Assembly (NCBI GenBank): GCA_013286805.1
Contig: JABDEY010000005.1
Coordinates: forward strand, 1-56,603
Source of the DNA: Bacteroidota bacterium
GTDB taxonomy: Bacteria > Bacteroidota > Bacteroidia > JABDFU01
DNA: 56,603 nucleotides
Direction: 5' to 3'
The notes beneath the pieces were generated by a model. That model was not told the origin of the DNA. It ran no database searches and saw only the letters and a program-made list of their open reading frames with translations. The position numbers and the translations under genes are program-made. Positions 46,070 through 56,320 of the stretch are shown here, piece by piece. Position 1 is the stretch's first letter. Each line of letters starts with the position of its first letter.

Positions 46070-48235
46070 ATGAACTCAAAACTATTACCTTTTTTTTTAG
46101 TACTACTAATAGCATCGGTGCCGGCTTTGGCGCAGGATTTCAGGAAAATGAATTTTGCCCTGGCTAAAAAAATTCAAAAAAAGGAAATAAAAAATGACTC
46201 GTTGAATTTATTGATTCAGGGAGATCCTTCTCAGTTAAAAGCCGATATGAACAGCCTGGGAGGATTGTTTAAGTATTCCGCCGGAGACATTTCAGCAGTG
46301 AGAGTCCCCTTAAAACTTCTCGGTTTGTTGGCGGGCAAAAATTATGTGAAACGAATGGAAGCCCGTATTCCCCATATTCAATTGACGAGTGATAGTATGC
46401 GGATCAAGGCAAATGTTAATCCGGTATATCTTGGACAGTTTCCCTTAACACAGGGATACGATGGTAGTGGAGTAGTAGTAGGAATAATTGACACAGGTAT
46501 TGATTACCTAAACCCGGATTTTCAGGATAGTATAACTGGCAGAACACGTTTAAAATATTTATGGGATCAAAACTTCCCCACTGCTGCCAATACACCAGTC
46601 TATGGATATGGTCAGGAATGGGATAGTATTCAAATCAATCTGGGACAAGCTGAAAGTACCAAGCCCGCCCAATTTAACCACGGAACCAATTCAAGTGGAA
46701 TAGCAGCTGGAAATGGGAATCACTCTCCCGGACACAAATACAGGGGAGTAGCCCCTAAAGCAGACATCATTGTAGTTGCATTGAATTTCAACTCAACACT
46801 GTCTACAATTATTACCGATGCTGTAGACTACATTTATTCAAGAGCCCAGACCCTCGGGGAACCCTGTGTGATCAATTTAAGTCTGGGCGATTATTACGGT
46901 TCTCATGATGGCCTTGATTTACAGGCCCAAATGATGAACAATATGCTTACTGCACAGCCGGGAAGAGCTATGGCTGCTTCGGCAGGAAATGAAGGTGGGC
47001 AGTATATTCACCTGGGCTATAATCTATCGCTGACAGACACAAATTTCACCTGGTTTCACCTTGGAACAGACAGCCTGATCGAAATCTGGGCAGACACACT
47101 CGCCTTTATGAATGCAAAAATGAGTTTTGGTGCTGATAAAAATACACCGGCTTATTCGGTCAGAGGTAATACAAAATTTATCAGCGTAAATGATAACAGA
47201 GGAATTATCCGCCTCGATACCCTGTTCAATCCCATAGGTGACAGGCTGGCGATTATTGAATCCAATACAGTTATACAGGGAAATTCTTTTGATATAACGT
47301 TTCATGTTTTGCCCGATTCAAATATTTACGCCTATAACTGGAAGATGATGTTTACAGGGGTTGGAACATTTGACCTCTGGGCAGACAGTTTGGTATATAC
47401 GGCACTGCCTACCCTGCACACATTCCCTCCAATTGCTCACTACAAAATGCCCGACACGCTACAGACTATGTTGACCAGTTTCCAGTGTCTGGACAATGTG
47501 ATTACAGTCGCAAATTATGACAACAAAAAAACATACATAGATGCATTGGGTGTGCGTGTGGAGCCGTTCCCCTTTATGCAGGCAGGAAAAATTGAACGCA
47601 ATTCAAGTATTGGTCCAACACGTGATGGAAGATTAAAGCCGGATATTGCAGCACCCGGTTCACTGACAATGGCTTCTTCCATTTTAACCCTCGTTGCATT
47701 TTATGATACCGTTGTACCAAGTTTTGTGGAATATGATGGATACATGAGGGCGGGTGGGACATCTGCCTCCAGCCCTGTGGTAGCAGGAGTTGCTGCTCTA
47801 TATCTTCAAAAATACCCTACAGCCACCGCTGCTGAAGTTAAAGCTGCGATTGTTGCATGCCCAAAGACAGATGCATTTACGGGAAATGTTCCCAACAATA
47901 CATGGGGTTATGGGAAAGTGGATGCCTTCGCTGCACTCACCTCTTGTCTTTCCGGAATAAACACGGTTAAACCGGATATTGTTCAATTCACTATTTACCC
48001 CAACCCCTTTACGCAAGAAACCAATATTATATATGATTTTTCTGAATCCGGTATTTATACATCGGCCCAGCTGAAAGTTTATGATATTGTTGGAAAGTTA
48101 ATCAGAACAGTTAATTTAACAGATAAAGCCGCACGACTAACCCTGAACAGGGGAGAGATAGACAGTGGCAGTTATTTTTACAAGCTCCTGATCGATGGAA
48201 AAGCAGTTCAATCAGGTAAAATTCTTGTACTGTAA
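46070..48235 (+). CDS. T9SS-secreted S8 (subtilisin-like) serine peptidase
   Basis: Catalytic triad IIDTG, NHGT and GGTSASSP; oxyanion SAGNEG; KPDIAAPG; CTD IYPNPF...GSYFY...GKILVL. Confidence 0.93.
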   Translation: MNSKLLPFFLVLLIASVPALAQDFRKMNFALAKKIQKKEIKNDSLNLLIQGDPSQLKADMNSLGGLFKYSAGDISAVRVPLKLLGLLAGKNYVKRMEARIPHIQLTSDSMRIKANVNPVYLGQFPLTQGYDGSGVVVGIIDTGIDYLNPDFQDSITGRTRLKYLWDQNFPTAANTPVYGYGQEWDSIQINLGQAESTKPAQFNHGTNSSGIAAGNGNHSPGHKYRGVAPKADIIVVALNFNSTLSTIITDAVDYIYSRAQTLGEPCVINLSLGDYYGSHDGLDLQAQMMNNMLTAQPGRAMAASAGNEGGQYIHLGYNLSLTDTNFTWFHLGTDSLIEIWADTLAFMNAKMSFGADKNTPAYSVRGNTKFISVNDNRGIIRLDTLFNPIGDRLAIIESNTVIQGNSFDITFHVLPDSNIYAYNWKMMFTGVGTFDLWADSLVYTALPTLHTFPPIAHYKMPDTLQTMLTSFQCLDNVITVANYDNKKTYIDALGVRVEPFPFMQAGKIERNSSIGPTRDGRLKPDIAAPGSLTMASSILTLVAFYDTVVPSFVEYDGYMRAGGTSASSPVVAGVAALYLQKYPTATAAEVKAAIVACPKTDAFTGNVPNNTWGYGKVDAFAALTSCLSGINTVKPDIVQFTIYPNPFTQETNIIYDFSESGIYTSAQLKVYDIVGKLIRTVNLTDKAARLTLNRGEIDSGSYFYKLLIDGKAVQSGKILVL

Positions 48236-48259
48236 ACAGATCGATAACCCACAGCTGCC

Positions 48260-48982
48260 CTGAATACGGTTCAAAAGACAAGAGGTATAGTTTTGCGCAG
48301 TATTAAATACAGCGATAACAGCCTGATTGTAAATATGTACACCAGAGAATTCGGTTTGCAGTCCTATCTGGTTCGCGGAGTTCACAGTAAAAAGTCGAAA
48401 ATAAAAGCAAATTATTTTCATGGTTTAATGCTGCTGGACATGATTGCGACACACTCTGATACGCAGAGCCTGGGACGAATCAATGAAATCACAGCGGCCA
48501 AAAGTTTTACGCCCGAATTCGATCCAGTAAAAAGCGCCATTGCAATATTTTTGAATGAGCTTATTTATAAAACTATCCAGGAAACAGAAGCCAATCCCGG
48601 ATTATTTGAGTTTTTGATCACAGCTCTTGATTTACTAAGCCTGAAGGAAAATAAAGCAAGCAATTTTCATCTGTCCTTTATGATCAGGTATACACAATAT
48701 CTTGGTTTCTATCCTACTTTCAATTATTCCCCGGAAAATCGTCACTTCGATCTGAAAGAAGCTTGCTTTGTAAGAACAGGGCAGGGACAAACCTATGTGC
48801 TGGAGGAAGAGCTAAGCAGGCATTTTTACGAACTTATGAATAGTAAACTGGAAGTATGTGAACAGGTGCAAGTTACCAATACTCAGCGCAAAGCTTTATT
48901 ATCGGCGTTACTTGATTATTACAAATGGCACAGGGCTTTGACCTCTGATCTCATTTCACATACCATTATGGGGCAATTATAG
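48260..48982 (+). CDS. recO: DNA repair protein RecO (start uncertain: CTG 48260, ACG 48266 or TTG 48293)
   Basis: KTRGIVLRSIKYSDNSLIVNMYTREFGLQSY OB-fold, KSAIAIFLNE, YLGFYP and RKALLSALLDYY. Confidence 0.9.
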   Translation: MNTVQKTRGIVLRSIKYSDNSLIVNMYTREFGLQSYLVRGVHSKKSKIKANYFHGLMLLDMIATHSDTQSLGRINEITAAKSFTPEFDPVKSAIAIFLNELIYKTIQETEANPGLFEFLITALDLLSLKENKASNFHLSFMIRYTQYLGFYPTFNYSPENRHFDLKEACFVRTGQGQTYVLEEELSRHFYELMNSKLEVCEQVQVTNTQRKALLSALLDYYKWHRALTSDLISHTIMGQL

Positions 48983-48985
48983 ATT

Positions 48986-50959
48986 TCATTTATTAGCAAT
49001 AATCTTTTCAAAAAGACCATAAATCAAGGGGTTGCCATCCTTGACCTTAAGACTGAAATCATAGATTTCAAATTTTTTCTTTCCCCTGTTCCAAAAATAA
49101 ACACTCAGTGTAAAATTCCTGAGGTCCTGACCCGGTTTAATGAGATCAATCATCCTGCAGGAAAGAGAGATAGTTTGAAATTCATGATCCCTGATAAAAT
49201 AATTGCCCAGTTCACTCCCTTGCCAGTGAAAGCTTGAATCCCCATTCTTTAGTTCCATTACCAGAGTCCCCTCTTTTATATCCTGAAAAGGTTTTAACTT
49301 AACAGTAGCCAGTATTTCCGAATTACGGTTTTTAATCAGCGTATTTAAGTTCGCCTTAAAACCAGGACCCCATTCCCGGGACGAATCGAGTGCGAGATAC
49401 TTCTGTTTTGTCACCGAATCAGTTCTTACGGCGGCATGTTCAAAATACCATGACTGGTCAGGGGTATCAAAATGAATTTCCGTCTCAAAAGAATAATTTT
49501 CTTTCCATTCATTTTCAGGCATTTCCTTTTTGGCAAAACAATCAATCGAATAGGTATACCCTTCCGAATGATAAATCAATTTTGGAAACTCTTCCCTCAA
49601 AAGAACATTGTATTCATCCGGGAGAAAGCCAGTCACCAGGTAGTCACATTTGTGGCCTTTACTGATTTCGTATAATTTTATTGGGTTATCCTCTTTTGGC
49701 TGAAAAATATGGTAGTCGAAATTCACACCATGCTTTTCTTTGTAATAATCCATAAAGGAAGCTTCTGTTGTATTGAGCAGAGCAAATACTTTCTTTCCCG
49801 GATGAGATTTCTGCAACTCGATAATATAATTTGCATATTCAGAGGAAGGCTGATGTAACATAATTTCATAATGCCTTCGATTATTCACTAAAGAATAAAT
49901 GTTAATACAACTAATCAAAATGATTAAGCCTGCCATTAATCCTTTTTTCTGATTCCGGATAAATGATCCTATTAATAGAATGAAGTAAGGAAATGAAAAA
50001 AGCAATACAGAAAATTGCAAAACAGGATTAACCCTTCTCGAATAAAAAAACCCGATTAGAAAAGGGCTTATGAACCATATAAAACAAATAAGGCGAAATT
50101 TATTTCTTTCATCAGGTGCCCGGAGATAAGTAATAAAATAAAACAAAGCCACAATAGATACAAGCCCACCTGTTACGATCGAATAATGAAAGATATAGGC
50201 AATAAATTTTATCAGGAAGTTATTTTCAGGGGGCGCGAGCCAGCCATTTGCACCTCCGACTCCTCCTTTGCTGAGTTGGAACAAAGTAATGGAAAGATGG
50301 GGTAAAAACAGCAAGATGAGTAATATCCCGGAAGCCATATAATACAACCAGTTTCCCCGACGAAGAAAAAACAATCCGGTAATGCTCACAATTACAGCAA
50401 AAAGGAAACAGAAATAATGCGTATACATACAGGCGGAGGCACATACAACAAATCCAATTAGGTATTTGGGCTGGTATTTATTCGAATGAAAGAAATAGTT
50501 GCTCCAGTAAATAATCATCAGCAATGAAAAAAACAAGCCCGGAATATAGGGCCTTGCAAGTGTACTATAAGTTATGGTGAACTGAAGTGCAGCGATATAC
50601 AAAGCAGAAAATAACCCACAATATTCGTTGAACCATAGTTTTCCTATTTTGTAAGTAAGATAAATGCAGGAAATACCCATTAAAACAAACGGGAGTTTCA
50701 CGACCCATTCCGCATTTCCGAACAATTTTTCCCAGAAATAAACAAATACATAAGTTCCAATCGGGTGAGTATCATTTTCCTTTACTCCCGTATTAATCAG
50801 ATCACTCAGGCTGTTATAATGCCTTCCCGCAGTGCATAGTTCATCAAACATAAATGGGAGGCTGAAAAAATCATGAAAGCGCAGAATCGTACCAGTCAGA
50901 ATTATACAAATCAGAAGGAAAAAGTTCCAATTTGACGTTTTAGTTTCATTTAGTACCAT
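48986..50959 (-). CDS. GT-C (GT39/PMT_2/ArnT-like) glycosyltransferase
   Basis: TM1-LRF...MFDE acidic motif, HP, ARPY and YTHYF; multiple TM helices plus a soluble C-terminal domain. Confidence 0.85.
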   Translation of the reverse strand: MVLNETKTSNWNFFLLICIILTGTILRFHDFFSLPFMFDELCTAGRHYNSLSDLINTGVKENDTHPIGTYVFVYFWEKLFGNAEWVVKLPFVLMGISCIYLTYKIGKLWFNEYCGLFSALYIAALQFTITYSTLARPYIPGLFFSLLMIIYWSNYFFHSNKYQPKYLIGFVVCASACMYTHYFCFLFAVIVSITGLFFLRRGNWLYYMASGILLILLFLPHLSITLFQLSKGGVGGANGWLAPPENNFLIKFIAYIFHYSIVTGGLVSIVALFYFITYLRAPDERNKFRLICFIWFISPFLIGFFYSRRVNPVLQFSVLLFSFPYFILLIGSFIRNQKKGLMAGLIILISCINIYSLVNNRRHYEIMLHQPSSEYANYIIELQKSHPGKKVFALLNTTEASFMDYYKEKHGVNFDYHIFQPKEDNPIKLYEISKGHKCDYLVTGFLPDEYNVLLREEFPKLIYHSEGYTYSIDCFAKKEMPENEWKENYSFETEIHFDTPDQSWYFEHAAVRTDSVTKQKYLALDSSREWGPGFKANLNTLIKNRNSEILATVKLKPFQDIKEGTLVMELKNGDSSFHWQGSELGNYFIRDHEFQTISLSCRMIDLIKPGQDLRNFTLSVYFWNRGKKKFEIYDFSLKVKDGNPLIYGLFEKIIANK

Positions 50960-50995
50960 AAATGGTAAATTAATGAATTATTTTTACATCAGGCA

Positions 50996-52348
50996 ATGAG
51001 CAAAAAATTTCTGGTAAGCTTCCTTCTTGTAAATAGTATAATCTGCTGCTATTATCTGGACACCTGGGAAAACGGGAATACAACATCCAGGATGCTGGCT
51101 GTAATGAATGTGGTCAATTCCGGAACCTTTCAATTCGACAATCAGCAGGCAAGGACATTTGATAAAGCTTGTATCCGTGGTCATTATTACTCAGAGAAGG
51201 CACCGCTTCCTATGCTGATGGTTATCCCTTTTTACAAACTGATTACTTGTTTAGGTTATCAGGAAAATGGAGAGGGGAAAATTATTTACATTCTTGGATC
51301 TGTTCTTTGCGGGGTGATCCCGTTTTTGATAATTTCCCTTTTGTTCCTGAAAGCTGCAGCCAAAGAACCTCATTCATTTTCTCCGGTTTTGTTGTCAATG
51401 CTCCCGCTTTATGCCTCTTTCATTTTCATCTATTCATCTACCTTTTACAATCACTTGTTAGCTGCCCTGTTTTTGCTGTTGTCATACATATATCTGAAGA
51501 AAGGAAGCCTCTTTCTTGCAGGGCTGTTTATTGGCTTAAGTTTCCTGTCCGAATACAGCGTGGCAGTTATTATAGCGGTCTGGGGGCTTCAGCTTTGCTT
51601 AAAAAAGAAAACAGTGAGAGCATTGTTGGAATTTGCAGCCGGAGCCTCTCCTGCCATTCTTTTCATTTTGGTGTACAACTATATTTTCACAGGGTCTCCC
51701 TTCCTGATGCTGTATAAATTTCACACTTCGTTTGTTACGGAAGCCGAAACTCTTTATGGTTTTTCTTACCCGAAACTAAAAGCACTTTGGGGCTTAACGT
51801 TCAGTCTTTACAGAGGGCTGTTTTTCTATGCTCCGTTTCTTTTGTTTTATTTTTTTTATTTGATAAACAAGTGGATAAAGTATTCGCCAAAAATGATTGC
51901 AAAAAAAATTCTGCAGAGTTATTCCGGGCTTGCCACCTTATCGCTTCTGATTGTCCTATCTTCAGAGACAGGCTGGTGGGGAGGCTGGGCTTATGGACCA
52001 AGGTATCTTTTGCTCATAGCGGTTTTGCTTACCTATAAAGGAGTTATTTACCTTTCCTCCATCCAATTTTCAAAAATCGCTTTTCTTGGAGTAACAATCT
52101 TTGGATTGATCTGCGCCTTATCCGCTAAGATTACGGTACTTTATTCCATTCCAACTGATAGAATGAACCCCTTTACTGAAATTATTTGGCCGGCAATTAT
52201 CCATTCTGATTTTAATCCGAATAACTTGCTTACCATGCTTTTGGGAATAGCACCTGTAATTGGCGCTGCTTTATTTGTATTGCTGTTCATTCTGGGGGTC
52301 ATTTTCTTGCAAAGAACTGATGTGAAACAAAAGCAACCAGAACACTGA
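50996..52348 (+). CDS. Polytopic membrane protein, probable GT-C glycosyltransferase
   Basis: NTTSR, DKA..GHYYSEKAP, RGLFFYAP and WWGGWAYGPRYL motifs; about 10 TM segments. Confidence 0.7.
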   Translation: MSKKFLVSFLLVNSIICCYYLDTWENGNTTSRMLAVMNVVNSGTFQFDNQQARTFDKACIRGHYYSEKAPLPMLMVIPFYKLITCLGYQENGEGKIIYILGSVLCGVIPFLIISLLFLKAAAKEPHSFSPVLLSMLPLYASFIFIYSSTFYNHLLAALFLLLSYIYLKKGSLFLAGLFIGLSFLSEYSVAVIIAVWGLQLCLKKKTVRALLEFAAGASPAILFILVYNYIFTGSPFLMLYKFHTSFVTEAETLYGFSYPKLKALWGLTFSLYRGLFFYAPFLLFYFFYLINKWIKYSPKMIAKKILQSYSGLATLSLLIVLSSETGWWGGWAYGPRYLLLIAVLLTYKGVIYLSSIQFSKIAFLGVTIFGLICALSAKITVLYSIPTDRMNPFTEIIWPAIIHSDFNPNNLLTMLLGIAPVIGAALFVLLFILGVIFLQRTDVKQKQPEH

Positions 52349-52378
52349 TGGAAATGTTTTAAAAGGTTTGCCCTATAC

Positions 52379-54562
52379 TTATTTTAATTCCTGTGAAATA
52401 TCAACCTTCCACAATCCCCTGCCATAGGTTGCAGCATATAAGGTTTTCTCGTGATAATTGAGCTTAAGTTCCTGCACCACGACATTGGGAAGACCCATGG
52501 CAAATGTTTTCCATTCCTTCATACCGGCATTTCGGTAATACACACCTGTTTCAGTTCCAACGAAAAGTAAATCATTTGTGCCTTTCACATATACAAAACT
52601 ATAAACAGGTACCTCTGGTAAGCCCTGGGCGAATGGTTTCCAGTTTTGGCCTCCATGGGCGGAGTACATGATTTTGTGGATAACTGAAGTAAGCGTATCA
52701 TCCAACTTTTCATCAAACATAGAACCTCCTGTAAAAGCGGCCCAGACTCGTTCCGGATCTTCCGGTGCAGATACAGATTTTACATAGTTGAAATACGTTA
52801 AATTTTTGAACGGGCTTATTTCTGTCCAGCAGTCTGATTTACATTCGGTTCCTTCTCCCCCCACCGTAGTTTTGAAGAGCCGGCCCGAGACAAATCCTGC
52901 GTATATATAGTTGTTGTAATGTGGGTTGACAGAGATGTCTGTCAGTACGGAATAAAGCCCCATATTGGGGAAATTGGTCAGGCGTTCCCATTTCAGTTCA
53001 TTGCCGGATTTATTTATGAAAGTTGCTTTAAACAATTGTGTAAATCCAAAATAATATACATTGCTGAGAACAGGATCCTCTGTCACCGGGCCATTATTTG
53101 CTGCGTTAATGGTCTTATCGGGAGGCAAGCTGAGCTGGGAGAAAGAATTTCCTCCATCCAGCGAATGCATATTGGGTCCATAGGTAGAAGTAGTGCCGAG
53201 ATTTACTGTGGCGGATAGAATATTCTTTTCATTGCTGTAATCTATAATTCCTTCCCGGCCATCCCCGCCCAGGATATTTTTCCATTGTTTAGCTTCCGGC
53301 AGGGAGGCATCATATAAATTTGCTCCTGCATCCTGGTTACCTGTTATAGCAAAACCATTTTTAGTTTCGGAGGTACCGACGGCATTCATCGTGGCAATAT
53401 TGAGTCCAGTACTTGCATCTTTATTTGTTGCAGCATTCCACAATCCTCCGTCGTGTGCCACGAACACTTCATTCGTAAGTGGTGCAAACCGAATGCAGTG
53501 AATATCTGCATGACTGATTTGCAAGCTTTTCCATTGTTGTATTTGAGGATATTGATTGAAAGCCGAATCGGTAAGATGAATGCTTTTGTAAAATTCCCGG
53601 TTCTTCCCGATATAAATTTCCCCGGGATCTGCAGGAGAAACAGCTATAGAGGTTTTATCCATGTTATCGTTGGGATACGGCATATTCTTTGCTTTCCAGG
53701 TTTTGCCAGCGTCCATGGAAACATATAGTTTATTTGTTCTCAGCTGATCCTTGTTGCAGGTCAAGGCATATAAAATATCAGGATAGCTAGGCGAAACCGC
53801 AATATTAATGCACACATTTTCCTTGCTTTTCAACACTCCCCCGTCCTGTGCAAGGACGCTCCATGTTCTGCCTCCATTAACAGAGCGCATGATTGCAATA
53901 TCTTCCGCAAAAGTACTTCGTGTGCCCGCAGCGTAAATGATCCTTGAATTTCCTGAATTGAGCTCCAGACCGTGGTAATTGCCTTCCAGCAGCAGTTTCC
54001 ATCTTTTGCCGGAATTCGTTGTTTTAAATATACCTTTTGAAGTAGCAGCATAAATTGTCTTGCAATGAGAAGGGTCTATCCGTAAACGCGCAATGCAATT
54101 GGGTACTTTGGGGTCAAGGTTGATTCCAGAAGAAGCATTTAACCAGGTTTTACCGCCATCCGGAGAGCGATAGATCGCCAATGCTTGAACGAACTTACGT
54201 GGATATCCGCTTCCGGTTGCAATAAAAATTTCTCTGGAATCGCTCCAATTAATTGCAATATCACTAACCCCGATAAAAGGCAGATGATCAGTATTGCAAT
54301 CTGCATTGCTCCAGTTCATACCCCCGTCAGTACTTTTCCATAAACCACCGGTAGGGGAGCCCACATACATGATTTTATTTGTCGTACCATCGTAATGAGG
54401 GTCGAAAGCTATGCATTCTAAGCGGCCTATTCCAAGGCCTGGGTCATGAAAAGGTCCAAGGGGCTGCCAGGTTATTTGCGCGGCTGATGAGAGCCCCCAA
54501 ATCAGGATGCTGGAGGTCAGCAGGCAATGGATGTAGTTCTTATATTTCTGTACAAAATTCAA
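52379..54562 (-). CDS. Secreted BNR/Asp-box (VPS10/sortilin-like) beta-propeller protein
   Basis: WQPLGP, GGLWKSTDGGMNW, repeated SxDGGxTW, HADIH, GNQDAG and AATYGRGLW. No T9SS CTD at the end. Confidence 0.85.
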   Translation of the reverse strand: MNFVQKYKNYIHCLLTSSILIWGLSSAAQITWQPLGPFHDPGLGIGRLECIAFDPHYDGTTNKIMYVGSPTGGLWKSTDGGMNWSNADCNTDHLPFIGVSDIAINWSDSREIFIATGSGYPRKFVQALAIYRSPDGGKTWLNASSGINLDPKVPNCIARLRIDPSHCKTIYAATSKGIFKTTNSGKRWKLLLEGNYHGLELNSGNSRIIYAAGTRSTFAEDIAIMRSVNGGRTWSVLAQDGGVLKSKENVCINIAVSPSYPDILYALTCNKDQLRTNKLYVSMDAGKTWKAKNMPYPNDNMDKTSIAVSPADPGEIYIGKNREFYKSIHLTDSAFNQYPQIQQWKSLQISHADIHCIRFAPLTNEVFVAHDGGLWNAATNKDASTGLNIATMNAVGTSETKNGFAITGNQDAGANLYDASLPEAKQWKNILGGDGREGIIDYSNEKNILSATVNLGTTSTYGPNMHSLDGGNSFSQLSLPPDKTINAANNGPVTEDPVLSNVYYFGFTQLFKATFINKSGNELKWERLTNFPNMGLYSVLTDISVNPHYNNYIYAGFVSGRLFKTTVGGEGTECKSDCWTEISPFKNLTYFNYVKSVSAPEDPERVWAAFTGGSMFDEKLDDTLTSVIHKIMYSAHGGQNWKPFAQGLPEVPVYSFVYVKGTNDLLFVGTETGVYYRNAGMKEWKTFAMGLPNVVVQELKLNYHEKTLYAATYGRGLWKVDISQELK

Positions 54563-54568
54563 GAGGAA

Positions 54569-56320
54569 TCAGGGTTTCAATTGGTAAATGCGGATATTGG
54601 AAGTACTGATATCATAAGGAGTCCTGTCCTGATTCCATAAATAACAAACCAGATACTCGGAACCGGCAGGCAGGTTGTGAAAAGTTAATCCATTCAACAG
54701 GTTATTTGGATCCCCCTTCCAGCTTGTTTTTAACCAATCGAGGGGAAGTCTTTCATATAACAGACTTTTACCTTTCAAGTCCTTAACACTCATAACAAGC
54801 CAGGTTCTGAAATGCTTTTGCGTACAACGAAGGCTAAACCCTGCTTCAACATAAAGACTGGCAGTAACAAGCGAGTCAACCCTTCCTTTGAATAAATCAA
54901 AATATTCACCAGCCGTACTTGAGCTGCCTGCCTGTTTTTCAAGCAGCAATTGCTTTTTTAGGAAAGGTTTTCTTTTCATCAGGGACAATCCGGAGGATAC
55001 ATCATAATCCAGTTTCTCATAATACCTGAGACCTTCACCAAGGTCCCCTGCAACTACAACCTGAAAATCTGATTCCGCCTGGGGGTAACTGTTACAGTCC
55101 AGAAGCGACCCAATTCCTCCATGCCTGAAGTTCTGATAGTCCCAGGCCAGTTCACGCATGCGATAACCTCCCACAGTGGCCGGGCATTTTCCTTGTTGGG
55201 CAAAAGCAGAAACCTGTTTGTAAAAACGATGAGGGATATTCTCAGTACTGTAAAAGGAAGCATGCGATAAATTAGCACTGCAGAGGAAATGTACTGGGAA
55301 AGCCAGCAAGGGTAAAGCACTTAATTGAAGATAGGTACCGGTTTCCTTTCCTTTTAGCAGTTCGTCGCTGATAAAACAAAAACTTCCGATAAATAATGGA
55401 AGAAAATATAGCCCGACCCTGTCCTCCGGAAAATTTACCTGAAAAAACTTATTCAATAAAAGACAGGCCGCTGCATTTCCAAACAAAAAAAATGTAATGA
55501 CCAGCCCCGGATTAAATATCAGTCCTTTATAAGTCAGGTAGCCCTTATAAGCAAGGTAAACGCTTCCGCAGATTAAAAAAAGCAAAGAAACGTCAAAAAA
55601 TAATTCCGCAAAACCTCCATTTAATCCCAACAAGGCTTTCAGCAGGGATCGTATAGTTACCCGCCAGAACCCTTCTCCGGAGCCATAGTAGAGCGATCCC
55701 TTTGCCCGCATTTTAAATAATCGCAAGGCGCTTAAAATAATTCCTCCTGAGCAGAGTATAATTGCAAGTACAGCAAGCGCCGCTGATTTATACTGTAGTT
55801 TTGAAAAAAAGTGCAGTATCATCAACAAGGTTATCAAAATAGCAGAATTCAGCAGGGAGAGATTGGCAGATAGAGCCAATAAAATAAACAATACAGCCGG
55901 CAGGAAATATCCTTTTCGGTTTTCCTGAAAAGCCTTAAGCAGGTAATACAGACCGGCTGTAAGTAGTGCTATTGACATGCCATATCCCCGGGATAAGGCA
56001 AAAAATTCGATCAGGTTATGCGCAAATAATCCAGCCAATAAAAAAATCCATCGTATTAACCGGTTCGAAATAAATCCGGATAATTTAAACCAAAAAAAGA
56101 GGTAAACAGGAAAAAACAACAAGTTAGGAAGCCTCAGTGCAAATTCACCGGAACCAAAGAGGTAATAGGAAAAGCTGGTTAACGCCGAATTAAGAAAATG
56201 ATGATTGGCATCAAAGCCTCCGGCTTCAGGCATATATTTACCAGTATGAACATAATAGAAAAAGGTAGCTGCTTCATCGTGGACGAAAGGAACATAGATC
56301 GCTCTAAATACAAGGAAGTT
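54569..56320 (-). CDS. GT-C-like membrane protein, apparently 5'-truncated
   Basis: The frame extends upstream of ATG 56233 as NFLVFRAIYVPFVHDEAATFF (GT-C DE motif), then reaches a stop near 56357 with no start codon or first TM helix. ANHHFLNS, LRLPN and SRGYG motifs are present. Confidence 0.7.
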   Translation of the reverse strand, partial: NFLVFRAIYVPFVHDEAATFFYYVHTGKYMPEAGGFDANHHFLNSALTSFSYYLFGSGEFALRLPNLLFFPVYLFFWFKLSGFISNRLIRWIFLLAGLFAHNLIEFFALSRGYGMSIALLTAGLYYLLKAFQENRKGYFLPAVLFILLALSANLSLLNSAILITLLMILHFFSKLQYKSAALAVLAIILCSGGIILSALRLFKMRAKGSLYYGSGEGFWRVTIRSLLKALLGLNGGFAELFFDVSLLFLICGSVYLAYKGYLTYKGLIFNPGLVITFFLFGNAAACLLLNKFFQVNFPEDRVGLYFLPLFIGSFCFISDELLKGKETGTYLQLSALPLLAFPVHFLCSANLSHASFYSTENIPHRFYKQVSAFAQQGKCPATVGGYRMRELAWDYQNFRHGGIGSLLDCNSYPQAESDFQVVVAGDLGEGLRYYEKLDYDVSSGLSLMKRKPFLKKQLLLEKQAGSSSTAGEYFDLFKGRVDSLVTASLYVEAGFSLRCTQKHFRTWLVMSVKDLKGKSLLYERLPLDWLKTSWKGDPNNLLNGLTFHNLPAGSEYLVCYLWNQDRTPYDISTSNIRIYQLKP

